Shown: piece after piece, positions 1-9,061 of the stretch
Numbering within the stretch: the stretch's first letter is position 1
Layout of the letters: each line of letters starts with the position of its first letter
NCBI GenBank assembly: GCA_964554785.1
Contig: CAZKPW010000003.1
Location: 98,243-162,242, forward strand
From: an uncultured Candidatus Peribacteria bacterium
Lineage (GTDB): Bacteria > Patescibacteriota > Gracilibacteria > Peribacterales > Peribacteraceae
DNA length: 64,000 bases
Direction: 5' to 3'
Notes under the pieces: model-generated
What the model was told of the DNA's origin: nothing
The model's input: the letters and a program-made list of their open reading frames with translations, nothing else
Databases searched by the model: none
Translations under genes and position numbers: made by a program

Positions 1-2
1 CC

Positions 3-254
3 GATAAAATCCAGAACAAAGCAGGGTCACTCTCCGAAGGTCAGAAAGGACTGCTCTGTTTTGCACGTTTCTTTCTGCAGAAGCCAACACTTCTTATCCT
101 GGACGAGCCCACGAATCACATTAACTTCCGCCATATTCCGGTTATTGCCGAAGCGCTCAATGAATATAAGGGAGGGATGATTCTGATTAGCCACGATAAA
201 GATTTCGTGAATCAGGTCAGTGTGAACGAAGAGTTGGATTTGGGAGCGCTGTAA
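3..254 (+). CDS. ABC-type ATPase (ABC-F-like), C-terminal fragment; 5' end lies outside the window
   Basis: Frame 3 is open from the window edge and reads ..LSEGQKGLLCFARFLLQKPTLLILDEPTNHINF..ISHDKDFV..GAL*. It has an ABC signature plus Walker B, with TAA at 252-254. It is absent from the ORF track because there is no Met. Confidence 0.8.
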   Translation, partial: DKIQNKAGSLSEGQKGLLCFARFFLQKPTLLILDEPTNHINFRHIPVIAEALNEYKGGMILISHDKDFVNQVSVNEELDLGAL

Positions 255-263
255 ATCTGTCAT

Positions 264-325
264 GCTGGGCTCGTCGAAGCATGGTTACATACATGCACTC
301 TTCGACGAGCTCAGAGTGACACGTG
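264..325. repeat. Palindromic repeat element (gctcgtcgaag..cttcgacgagc, then tcagagtgacac) between convergent genes
   Basis: Perfect 11-bp arms at 269-279 and 300-310, with an inner gcatg/catgc pair. The tail supplies the last codons and TGA of recQ. A related copy lies at 39963-40038. Confidence 0.7.
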
Positions 326-2503
326 TTCGCTTTCTCGCATAAAAATCCGTACAAATCGCAACGTGTCGTACGAATACTTTCCTGCAAAGTGCCGGAAGAT
401 AGGGGAGAGTGCCGCCGATCCAATCCGCCTGTACGCAGCTTCTATTTCATTGAATATGTCTGCAGGCGGTTTCAGGTGGGTGATATCGGGACAGGTACCT
501 GCTTGGATAAGTGTTTCGATGTGTTGAATAATGGTTCCTTCTTTCAGGTGTCTTGCTTTGGCAATGTCCGCGAGTGCGAGCCCTTGTCGGATTAGGTGGC
601 TTGTTTCATCAACGGTAGAACCATTGGTGATTCCTCCCATTTTCTTCTGAGGCTTTGATGCCCGTCCTTCCATCTCGCGTTCCTGCAGATTGTGGGCAAT
701 GGCAAAATCACGAATGACATTCATGAACGTGGTACCGTACTGCTCCAGTTTTTTTTGTGAGACTCCGTACACTTTCTGGAAACTATCGGGGTGCTGCGGG
801 AAGAAGCTGGCCATTTCCTTGAGCGACTTATCGCCAAAAATTACATACGCCGCGACCTGTTGGCTATTTGCGAGAGACTTCCGAACGGCGCGCAATTCCT
901 CAAAGAGATCCATATTGAAGTGCTCGTCGGTATCTTCCAGGCGCACTGCGACATTCAAGTTTTCATCCATTTTCCGCAGATGCAGTTCGGCATCGGATTC
1001 CAGGAATTCTTGCCCGGCGTGTGTAAGAGAAAGGGTCGGGTACATGCCGTCCGCTTTCATTAGTAGTTTTTCTTCTACCAGCGCATTCATAATATGTTTG
1101 AGCTCGTCTGCACTTTTTTCTTTGGCACTGCCGAACACCGAGAGCCCGTCGTGACCCGCCATGCGCGTGCGTTCGGTGGAGGTTCCGCGGAGCACGTTGC
1201 ACATATGGACGGATCCAAAGCGCTGGCCGGCAGATACGATGGCAGTCAGTATTGTGCGGGCAATATCGCCGGCGTTTTCGGTGACGTCCGCGGCACTTAA
1301 GCATCTGTCACAACTCTGGCAGTTATCGTCTTCCACTGTTTCGTGGAAATAGCTGAGGAGGAATTTGCGGCGGCAGGAACGCAGCTCTCCGTAGCGGACC
1401 ATTTGTTCCAGGTTACTGCGGCTCATGCGTTGTTGTTCGGGGTCTTCTATCATCCGAATGAAATATTCCTGCTTGAATCTGTCTGCTTCGGAATAGAACA
1501 GGATGCAATCACTCTGGAGTCCGTCGCGGCCCGCGCGGCCTGTTTCCTGGTAGTAGCCTTCCACGTTTTTTGGGAGATCCATATGGACCACGGTGCGTAC
1601 ATCGGGTTTATCGATTCCCATGCCAAAGGCGACAGTCGCGGTAATAATTTGCACGTCATCGCGCATGAATGCGTCCTGTGTGTTGCGGCGTTTGTCGGGA
1701 CTGAGCCCCGCGTGGTAGGGGAGGCACTTGTATCCTTCCGCTTGCAGATCTGTTGCCAGTGTTTCCACTGATTTTCGGGAGAAGCAGTACACGATTGCCG
1801 GAATGCGCCCGGGTTTTTTCAGGAGTACAAGTAAGCGCTGAAAGGCTTTGGCTTTCGGGTAGACGTGGTAGGTCAGGTTCGGGCGATTGAAGGTGGAGAG
1901 GAAGAGTGGTGCGTCTGCAATATCCAGCTGCATGCGGATATCGTCTCGAACCTGCGGAGTCGCGGTTGCGGTCAGTGCAATACACGGGACTTCCGGGAAT
2001 GCGGAACGTAACTTTGTAAGGAGTCTGTAGTCTGGACGGAACTCGTGGCCCCATTCCGAAATACAGTGTGCTTCATCGATGGCAATAAGACTGATATTCG
2101 AATTTTTGAGGAAAGTCTGGAACGCAGGAACAGCCAAGCGTTCAGGTGCTACATACAGAAGTTGCACTTCTCCGCTTCGGACACTCCGCATAACGGTATC
2201 TTGTTCATCGGTGCTTTGGCTGCTGTTTAAAAAGGCGGCTCCGATTCCGTTCGCGCGGAGTCCGTCGACTTGGTCTTTCATGAGCGCAATGAGTGGAGAA
2301 ATCACGAGGGTGATTCCGGGCAGGCAGAGCGCCGGAAGTTGGTAACACAAAGACTTTCCGCCGCCGGTCGGCATCACGACCATGCAGTTCTTCCCGCTCA
2401 CCACCGTATTCACAATGTCCTCTTGCATGGGGCGAAAGGTGCTGTAGCCGAAGTGTGTTTCCAGAAGAGCGCGCAAATCCATGGGAGGACACTCTAGGGT
2501 CAT
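311..2503 (-). CDS. recQ: ATP-dependent DNA helicase RecQ with a C-terminal extension
   Basis: 730 aa. FGYSTFRPMQEDIV, MPTGGGKSLCYQLPA, IDEAHCISEWGHEFRPDY and Zn-finger CQSCDRC, followed by an HRDC-like region and ~100 extra residues. The start could be Met8 (2482). Confidence 0.95.
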   Translation of the reverse strand: MTLECPPMDLRALLETHFGYSTFRPMQEDIVNTVVSGKNCMVVMPTGGGKSLCYQLPALCLPGITLVISPLIALMKDQVDGLRANGIGAAFLNSSQSTDEQDTVMRSVRSGEVQLLYVAPERLAVPAFQTFLKNSNISLIAIDEAHCISEWGHEFRPDYRLLTKLRSAFPEVPCIALTATATPQVRDDIRMQLDIADAPLFLSTFNRPNLTYHVYPKAKAFQRLLVLLKKPGRIPAIVYCFSRKSVETLATDLQAEGYKCLPYHAGLSPDKRRNTQDAFMRDDVQIITATVAFGMGIDKPDVRTVVHMDLPKNVEGYYQETGRAGRDGLQSDCILFYSEADRFKQEYFIRMIEDPEQQRMSRSNLEQMVRYGELRSCRRKFLLSYFHETVEDDNCQSCDRCLSAADVTENAGDIARTILTAIVSAGQRFGSVHMCNVLRGTSTERTRMAGHDGLSVFGSAKEKSADELKHIMNALVEEKLLMKADGMYPTLSLTHAGQEFLESDAELHLRKMDENLNVAVRLEDTDEHFNMDLFEELRAVRKSLANSQQVAAYVIFGDKSLKEMASFFPQHPDSFQKVYGVSQKKLEQYGTTFMNVIRDFAIAHNLQEREMEGRASKPQKKMGGITNGSTVDETSHLIRQGLALADIAKARHLKEGTIIQHIETLIQAGTCPDITHLKPPADIFNEIEAAYRRIGSAALSPIFRHFAGKYSYDTLRFVRIFMRESEHVSL

Positions 2504-2615
2504 CTTTGAAGCGGGTCTATGCCCTTCTCTCTTTTTTCTATCGGTCTCTGATTTTTTGTGTGAAAGATGCAGAGAAAAATGTTCTGTCCGTCTTCGGAAC
2601 GTGTATCATTTTTGC

Positions 2616-2957
2616 ATGGCCACTCAAGAATCCACAGTCACATATTTGGTTGATCAATTACAGGGGGCAGGGGATATTCGTATTCGCAAAATGTTTGGGG
2701 AGTATGCGCTGTATTGCAACGACAAAGTAGTCGCACTTATTTGTGACGATCGGTTTTATGTGAAACCAACGGAAGCAGGAAAGGAGTTCATCGGTCGAGT
2801 GGAAGAAGCGCCGCCATATCCGGGATCTAAGCCTTTTTATGTGATAGGGGAAGAGAAGTGGGAGGATGCGGAGTGGATGCGGAATCTTGTAGAAATAACT
2901 GCCGATGCACTTCCCATCCCGAAGAAAAAGCCATTGAAGAAGGTTTCAAATCGGTAA
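2616..2957 (+). CDS. TfoX/Sxy N-terminal domain protein
   Basis: MATQESTVTYLVDQL..IRIRKMFGEYALYCNDKVVALICDDRFYVK fits the TfoX_N pattern. The internal ATG at 2616 is preferred because the ORF-track start at 2481 overlaps the recQ start. Confidence 0.7.
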   Translation: MATQESTVTYLVDQLQGAGDIRIRKMFGEYALYCNDKVVALICDDRFYVKPTEAGKEFIGRVEEAPPYPGSKPFYVIGEEKWEDAEWMRNLVEITADALPIPKKKPLKKVSNR

Positions 2958-3184
2958 ATTGACCAAATTCGATAATAGTGTAATTATACATATTGTCAGG
3001 ACAATTGTTCTGGCTGTTCTTTGATAGCAACGGGTATGAGCTTTAGAGTTGTTGCGCTCGCAGCCTGAGTTTCTGTGTGTGGAAATTGAGGCTGCGAGTT
3101 GCAGCACCGGTGTCCTTGTCGGACATAATATGACCGGTGGTCCAGGCTAGCCGACCGGGCTTAAAACGTGAGGAGAAATGTACG

Positions 3185-4066
3185 ATGGCTGTTTATTTGT
3201 GGTTTGATCAGTTGGAAACCTTGAGTCAGTTTGGTAATGAGGGGCAGGGAGTTCTCACCATTGAAAAATTGGACCCTCACATTCTGGTGAAGGGGTCTGT
3301 GACCGGCGAGGTGCCGTTGATGCCGGGTCAGAAAGTGGGCTTTGAGAACGGGCGCGTGTGGTTGGCAGGCGGGTTCTATGATGATCCCATTCGAAACTTG
3401 TTTTCCACCATGAGTCTGAGCCGCAAAATTATTGTGGAGGATGAGGATATTGAATACGATCCTCTGCAACACGATCGGTTTGTTGCCGGCGCTTTTACGG
3501 AGAGCGAAGGATTTGCAGGCATGAGAGTGGTTCACGGAGGGGATGCCGTTGCCGTCATTGAGCGCGGCAGTCGTTTGCCGCCGTACATTGATGCCGTGGC
3601 AGTGCGTTTGCAAAGTAAAGAAGAACGCGCTGATCTTATTCCATGGTTGCGCGAAGCATTGATGTCGCGCGGTTATTTGACGGAGCATGGGCGGCGTATC
3701 GACAACGCCTTTTATATGGCTCGGTCCATTTGTTTCAAAAGTGGGATCGTGTGGGATTCTCCTCACCTCATGCAGAATGGTCGGTCCTTTATTGCAGCTG
3801 ACGGCTCCCTTTATACGCTGCATGCGTATCGTCGGAGCAATTCGGAAGAATGCGATTTTACTCCGGATAGGCATTGGATTCCTCACATTACCCATATTTG
3901 TCCCGACTACAATGATCGTCATGTGTGCATTGCTGATGCACTCATGTATGGACTCATTCTGGAATGGGCAACCGCTCTGGAGTGTATTGAAATTTGTAAC
4001 CTCTGTGGCGCGCCCCTCAATAGGCCGTCCGACGAAGTGATCAATTGTTCCGCGGGTTGTTTCTAA
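3185..4066 (+). CDS. Hypothetical protein, Cys-rich C-terminus
   Basis: AGGAGA lies 8 nt before the ATG at 3185. A rho-independent terminator follows the stop on the + strand. The sequence looks protein-like, unlike the full-length antisense ORF. Confidence 0.6.
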   Translation: MAVYLWFDQLETLSQFGNEGQGVLTIEKLDPHILVKGSVTGEVPLMPGQKVGFENGRVWLAGGFYDDPIRNLFSTMSLSRKIIVEDEDIEYDPLQHDRFVAGAFTESEGFAGMRVVHGGDAVAVIERGSRLPPYIDAVAVRLQSKEERADLIPWLREALMSRGYLTEHGRRIDNAFYMARSICFKSGIVWDSPHLMQNGRSFIAADGSLYTLHAYRRSNSEECDFTPDRHWIPHITHICPDYNDRHVCIADALMYGLILEWATALECIEICNLCGAPLNRPSDEVINCSAGCF

Positions 4067-4094
4067 TTGGCTCATATCCCATTCGCTTTCAAAG

Positions 4095-4127
4095 AAATCC
4101 CCGTTGCCGTCGTAACGGGGATTTTTG
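4095..4127 (+). terminator. Rho-independent terminator
   Basis: aaatccccgtt-gccgtcgt-aacggggattt followed by a T-run. Confidence 0.7.
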
Positions 4128-4130
4128 GTG

Positions 4131-4164
4131 CAAAAAATAAAACCCTCAGCGACGAGCTGAGGGC
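4131..4164 (-). terminator. Rho-independent terminator for the 4193-4873 gene
   Basis: ccctcagc-gacga-gctgaggg, with a T-run on the minus strand (aaaaaataaaa on plus). Confidence 0.65.
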
Positions 4165-4192
4165 ATGCTTGGCCGGGTAACTTTTTCGTGTT

Positions 4193-4873
4193 TTACTTGA
4201 AATAAATCATTGGTCCCATGTCTGCTTTTTGCATTGTTTCTGGGACGTACATGCGGTGGTGGTGAGTGTGAGGATTGCTTACCCCCTTTGTATGCCAGTG
4301 TTTCATGTGCACCTGGCTGCCGTTCACAAAAGCATGTGGCGTTTGGATATGCCATCCTGTTCCTGCTTTTACAGATCCGAATTCATTATGTTGCACGAGT
4401 GCAGAGTAGGCTTCGATGGCATGCGCTTCCCTGTATCCGTGCGCTGGAACTTGATGCTCGAAGTGGACGAGAATAGCGCCCACAATCCAGTAGGGAGCGA
4501 AGCGTTTCTCTGACCTCCTGTGAACGTTCTGTGCAGGATTCAAATCGAACACGGCAGAGTCCACCACCAAAAATGGCGGCATCTCGACAATCTGTTCCCC
4601 TTCGCAGACGTGCTCCAGGCTCAATCCCGGTTGTCCATATCGGACTAACGGGAATTCTGCACATGTGGGGAGCCAGGGTGCAGGCCCTGTGGTTTGCATG
4701 TTGATGCGCCGTGTCTCATAGATCCTCATGATCTCGAGAAAAAGCGTATCTGATCCCACGATAAGTGGTCTCATTGGGGTATATCCTCCGTGGTTTGAAG
4801 TAACAAAATGACCAAGCACGGGAGACGCTACACTTGTCATGTTTGTAAAAATAGGGGATTTCTTCTTTGACAT
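4193..4873 (-). CDS. Hypothetical protein with a His-rich C-terminus
   Basis: 226-aa ORF with its own terminator, divergent from the ArsR operon. No family recognised by eye. Confidence 0.55.
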   Translation of the reverse strand: MSKKKSPIFTNMTSVASPVLGHFVTSNHGGYTPMRPLIVGSDTLFLEIMRIYETRRINMQTTGPAPWLPTCAEFPLVRYGQPGLSLEHVCEGEQIVEMPPFLVVDSAVFDLNPAQNVHRRSEKRFAPYWIVGAILVHFEHQVPAHGYREAHAIEAYSALVQHNEFGSVKAGTGWHIQTPHAFVNGSQVHMKHWHTKGVSNPHTHHHRMYVPETMQKADMGPMIYFK

Positions 4874-4903
4874 TGCGTGGTCTTAGTTTTATCATTCAAC
4901 CAA

Positions 4904-5248
4904 ATGGTTGAATTAACTCTGAACCCACTGAGCCTCGATGCGATTTTTCAGTCTCTCGCAGATCCAACCCGTCGCGATATTCTTCGTCGCGTTTCAAAAA
5001 AAGAAATGTCGATCGGTGATATTGCAAAACCGTATTCAATGACATTCGCCGCCATCTCCAAGCATCTGAATGTTTTGGAAAAAGCGCGACTCATCATCAA
5101 GAAGCGGAAGGGGAAAGAACAGATAGTGCAGCTCTCTCCCGCGGCATTCAAAGATGCGACTGCGTATTTGCAGCAGTACGAAAAAATGTGGAATAACCGT
5201 CTCGATTCTCTGGAGAAATATCTATCCACCTTCCCTACAGATTTATGA
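4904..5248 (+). CDS. ArsR/SmtB-family transcriptional regulator
   Basis: LADPTRRDILRRV..MSIGDIAKPYSMTFAAISKHLNVLEKARLI is a typical ArsR wHTH. The ATG at 4904 is preferred over the GTG at 4877. Confidence 0.85.
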   Translation: MVELTLNPLSLDAIFQSLADPTRRDILRRVSKKEMSIGDIAKPYSMTFAAISKHLNVLEKARLIIKKRKGKEQIVQLSPAAFKDATAYLQQYEKMWNNRLDSLEKYLSTFPTDL

Positions 5249-5742
5249 ACCCGGATCATACATTCAGTATTGTGCGCACCTTTGCCGTACCCAGACATGT
5301 CGTGTGGCAGATGTGTACGCAAGTCGAACATTTAAAACAGTGGTGGGGTCCGAAGGAAATGACCATGACGTTTGCGCAATTGGATTTTCGTGTAGGCGGG
5401 ACGTTTCATTATTGTTTACAGTCCACCGAGGGATGGGATTTGTGGGCATTGTTTACCTATGAAGATATTCAACCCGAGGAAAAAATTGTATTTATTGATG
5501 CTTTTTCGGATAAAGATGGCAATCTTTCGCATCATCCTATGGCACCCGAGTGGCCGTCTCAAATTTTGAATACATTGATTCTTACCGAGGAAAACGGCCG
5601 GACTACTATGACCATTACTGCCACGCCTGTTCATGCTTCTCCGCAGGAAATAAAAGTATTCGATGACAATGATGAAAGCATGCGCGGCGGATTTGGCGAA
5701 CTATTCGATAAGCTCAATGCATACCTCTCTGTAGTGCAATAA
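5245..5742 (+). CDS. SRPBCC / AHSA1 (Aha1-like) domain protein
   Basis: 165 aa. VWQMCTQVEHLKQWWGP..DFRVGGTFHY pattern. Its start overlaps the arsR stop (ATGA), which suggests an operon. Confidence 0.85.
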   Translation: MNPDHTFSIVRTFAVPRHVVWQMCTQVEHLKQWWGPKEMTMTFAQLDFRVGGTFHYCLQSTEGWDLWALFTYEDIQPEEKIVFIDAFSDKDGNLSHHPMAPEWPSQILNTLILTEENGRTTMTITATPVHASPQEIKVFDDNDESMRGGFGELFDKLNAYLSVVQ

Positions 5743-5774
5743 CGTCTTGTTTCTTTATTTTCTCCTTACACACT

Positions 5775-6146
5775 ATGCGTTACGTTGATGGATACGTCAT
5801 CCCGGTTCCTGTAAAAAATCTTCCTGCCTATAAAAAAATGGCTAAGGATGCCGGGAAAATTTGGATGAAACATGGAGCACTCCAGTACGTGGAATGTGCG
5901 GGTGATGATTTGGATTTGGAATGGGCTACATTGCCGTTTCCAAGAATGGCAAAAGTGAAAGAAGGCGAGACGGTAATTTTTTCTTTTATCGTCTATAAAT
6001 CCCGAAAGCACCGCGACCAGGTAAATGCAAAAGTGCACAAAGAACTGGAGGAAACGTATAAGCCTGGAGATGAAAAGAAGATGCCCTTCGATATGAAGCG
6101 CGTGGGAGTAGGCGGATTTACGACGTTGGTTGATCTGGCCCAATAG
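5775..6146 (+). CDS. DUF1428-family protein
   Basis: MRYVDGYVIPVPVKNLPAYKKMAKDAGKIWMKHGAL..ECAGDDL is the characteristic DUF1428 N-terminus. Confidence 0.8.
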   Translation: MRYVDGYVIPVPVKNLPAYKKMAKDAGKIWMKHGALQYVECAGDDLDLEWATLPFPRMAKVKEGETVIFSFIVYKSRKHRDQVNAKVHKELEETYKPGDEKKMPFDMKRVGVGGFTTLVDLAQ

Positions 6147-6369
6147 GGGTTGGATCTGCAATGACCTTTTTCCCCGAAAACCATACCCGTATCTTGTCTT
6201 TTATTTTTTGCAACGCCGTTCGCACTTTTCTGGGGATGAGGAATCCCATACCCAACAGTTCCAGTCCAATAAGAGCCAGCCACGAACCCGGTGTGAACGG
6301 AGTGACCAGTGCCAAGAGGCCTAGAATAATGAAGATAACGCCAAGGATCTTCCGCAGAACTGAGAGCAT
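6118..6369 (-). CDS. Small membrane protein (PGPGW-like)
   Basis: 83 aa with two hydrophobic helices and a TPFTPGSW motif. Its 3' end overlaps the convergent DUF1428 gene. Confidence 0.45.
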   Translation of the reverse strand: MLSVLRKILGVIFIILGLLALVTPFTPGSWLALIGLELLGMGFLIPRKVRTALQKIKDKIRVWFSGKKVIADPTPIGPDQPTS

Positions 6370-6429
6370 GCTTGCAGCATAGATGCGGAATAAAAAACGT
6401 CCAGGAGATCCTTTGCTTTTTGGCTTCCA

Positions 6430-7902
6430 ATGAATACAATCACGTTTCTTCCATTCGCGTCACACCCACCCTTCATGACTGAAAAATCTTCGCCTTGGTT
6501 TGTCTTTCTGCTCGTTGCCATCGCGCAGTTTATGGTTGTGCTGGATGCATCCATTACAAACGTTGCATTGCCTGCCATTAAAACGGCATTGAATTTTGAC
6601 GCAGCAACATTGCAGTGGGTGGTCACGTCGTATGCGCTGACATTCGGTGGATTTTTGTTGCTGGGAGGTCGTATGGCGGATTTGTTCGGGCATCGCAAAG
6701 TGTTGGTGATCGGCCTTGCCGGATTTACGTTGGTGTCTCTGTTGATCGGGTTTTCGACATCATCCACCATGCTTATTGTCTTGCGTGCGTTGCAGGGAAT
6801 GACGGGTGCGTTATTGTCTCCGGCAGCCATGTCGATTGTGCTTATTACGTTTCGGGAAGGGCCCGAGCGCAATAAGGCCTTTGGATACTGGACGACTATT
6901 GCGACCATTGGTGCCGCGGCTGGATTGCTTCTGGGCGGTATTCTGACGCAATACTTGGGTTGGCGTTGGAATTTCTTTGTGAATGTGCCGGTGGGTATTG
7001 TGACCTGTTATCTTATTTCCAAGTACGTTCCTATGCATAAGCAAGAGATGGCGCATTCGCATTTGGATGTACCCGGAGCACTTCTTGTTACTAGCGGACT
7101 TACGCTCTTTGTGTATGTCATCAGTGTTGCTCCCGTGTGGGGTTGGCTCAGCCAGACAACGCTTATTGCAGGAGCATTGGCCCTTGCGCTTTTGGCCGGT
7201 TTCATTTGGAACGAATCACGCAGCAAGCATCCGCTCATGCCGCTTTCTATGTTTACACGCAGAAATATAGTCGGTGCAAACTTGATGATGGCGCCTATCA
7301 TGGCCGGCGCATTCGGGATGTTCTTCCTTATCTCTCTCTATATTCAGGCATCGCTCAAATTTACGCCGCTTATGACGGGTCTTAGCTTCCTGCCGTTCCC
7401 GCTCATCATTGGTGTGCTGTCGCCTCGCGTGGCGCCGTTTGTGGCCCGTTATGGCTATAAAGTTTTCATTATCGGCGGGCCGCTTTTGGTGGCTGCCAGC
7501 ATGGCGTGGCTTATTCGTTTACCAGTGAGCGGCAACTACTTCATCGATATTCTGCCGAACGTCATTTTGATGCCGATCGGTCTCGCCTTTACGTTTATGC
7601 CCATCATGGTGGCTGCTACGTCCGGTGTAGCGGAAGATGAATCCGGACTCGCATCGGGACTCATTAATACATCGCAGCAAATGGGTGGCGCACTCGGACT
7701 TGCGGTCCTCAGTAGTATCGCTGCTTCAACAACAGCTTCGCATGCGTCACTTGGACAATTGGAATCTCTCGTTTTTGGGTACGATCGCGCGTTTTTCTGG
7801 GCGGTCATGCTCGTTCTTGCTGCAACAGTGATGGGTGCGTTTATCATCAAAGAGAAGAAGGGTACGCACGGAAAAACGGAGCAGGTGGGACACGGAATGT
7901 GA
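6430..7902 (+). CDS. MFS transporter, DHA2/EmrB-like (14-TMS type)
   Basis: 490 aa. FMVVLDASITNVALPAI..WVVTSYALTFGGFLLLGGRMADLFGHRKV and many TM segments. The start may be Met16 (6475). Confidence 0.9.
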   Translation: MNTITFLPFASHPPFMTEKSSPWFVFLLVAIAQFMVVLDASITNVALPAIKTALNFDAATLQWVVTSYALTFGGFLLLGGRMADLFGHRKVLVIGLAGFTLVSLLIGFSTSSTMLIVLRALQGMTGALLSPAAMSIVLITFREGPERNKAFGYWTTIATIGAAAGLLLGGILTQYLGWRWNFFVNVPVGIVTCYLISKYVPMHKQEMAHSHLDVPGALLVTSGLTLFVYVISVAPVWGWLSQTTLIAGALALALLAGFIWNESRSKHPLMPLSMFTRRNIVGANLMMAPIMAGAFGMFFLISLYIQASLKFTPLMTGLSFLPFPLIIGVLSPRVAPFVARYGYKVFIIGGPLLVAASMAWLIRLPVSGNYFIDILPNVILMPIGLAFTFMPIMVAATSGVAEDESGLASGLINTSQQMGGALGLAVLSSIAASTTASHASLGQLESLVFGYDRAFFWAVMLVLAATVMGAFIIKEKKGTHGKTEQVGHGM

Positions 7903-7909
7903 GTGTTGT

Positions 7910-8998
7910 TTATTGCATGGAAGATACTTTTTTCTGTGGCAATAATGCGCGCACATTCTCTACGTTGCCAAATTCAATGTAACGATACGACAGCCAGGAA
8001 ATGCCGAATAGTATGAGAATATAACGGATAAGATGTTCCGTGTTTATCCACGGTTGCATACTTGTTTGCACCATGAAATGCCAGACATACAGAGAATAGG
8101 ACATAAGCCCGATCATTTGCAGCGGCCGGAATGACAATATTGTCGTTGGCCATGAACGCGGTTGTTGCAGTAGCGGTGCCATAACCATAAAAAAACTCAT
8201 ATTAAAGAGCGTGTGCACCAATGGCGTCAGGACGGGCATGACGGTGTGTAATTGTACTGCGTCACTAAGGTTTAAGCTTAAAAAGAGGAGAAGAATGCCG
8301 CAGAAGGCCCATCCCATGTTTTTAAAATACGTCGTGCGTACATAGACTGCCGATAATGCTATGCCCCACATAAAATCTTCCATTCTTCCAAATACGCTAT
8401 TTTCTATCATTCTGTATTTTCCCTGAAAGCCTGCAGCCCACTCCCATACATGCGGTGCGCCGCGTATGAGCAGCCCCATGCATACAAGAATAATGAGCAT
8501 GCGAAGTACGCCGGTTTTTCGTATTCCAAGCAGAATGAATGGCAAAAAAATGCATGCCCATATTTCAATGCCCAAGCTCCATAATATCGTGTTATAGGGC
8601 GGAGAAAACATCTCCTTATCAAAAATAAACGTTGCAGTGAACATCAGCGGAATGCCTTTGGTCAATTCATGAGGATACACAAACGCCATGCCGATCAATA
8701 CTGAAAAAAAGTAGAGCGGGAGCAGGCGTTTTGCGCGACGTTTATAAAAATCCACAATATCCGATCCCCGTATCATATGCCGTCTGCCCGTAAAATAGGG
8801 AAGTGCCAGTACAAATCCCGATATGATGAAAAACAGTTGGACGGCGCGATACAAATTAGTTTCCAGTGCCGGGATGCCGTGAAGGGGAAGCCATCCAATA
8901 TGCGATGCATCGAAAACAGGCCGTTTTCCAAAAAGATGCGTATACAGAACTGCGATGATCGCCAATCCACGCAGGCCGTTGATGACCGGAATTTTCAT
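7910..8998 (-). CDS. Acyltransferase family 3 (OafA-like) membrane protein
   Basis: MKIPVINGLRGLAIIAVLYTHLF.. is the acyltransferase_3 N-terminal signature. Polytopic. Confidence 0.85.
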   Translation of the reverse strand: MKIPVINGLRGLAIIAVLYTHLFGKRPVFDASHIGWLPLHGIPALETNLYRAVQLFFIISGFVLALPYFTGRRHMIRGSDIVDFYKRRAKRLLPLYFFSVLIGMAFVYPHELTKGIPLMFTATFIFDKEMFSPPYNTILWSLGIEIWACIFLPFILLGIRKTGVLRMLIILVCMGLLIRGAPHVWEWAAGFQGKYRMIENSVFGRMEDFMWGIALSAVYVRTTYFKNMGWAFCGILLLFLSLNLSDAVQLHTVMPVLTPLVHTLFNMSFFMVMAPLLQQPRSWPTTILSFRPLQMIGLMSYSLYVWHFMVQTSMQPWINTEHLIRYILILFGISWLSYRYIEFGNVENVRALLPQKKVSSMQ

Positions 8999-9061
8999 GC
9001 ACCGTGATTGTACGGTACGGCTGTATCTAGGAAAGATGTGACATGAGAAAAGGTTTTCTGC

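Noticed and set aside
217-423. 68-aa ORF containing MLRRAQHD
   Set aside because: It spans the palindromic repeat and the recQ 3' end, and is a repeat-derived pseudo-ORF.
3161-4075. 304-aa minus-strand ORF fully overlapping the 3185-4066 gene
   Set aside because: The composition is not protein-like. There is no RBS or terminator on that strand, whereas the plus ORF has AGGAGA plus a terminator. Long antisense ORFs recur opposite many genes here (see next entries), so this is a codon-structure artefact.
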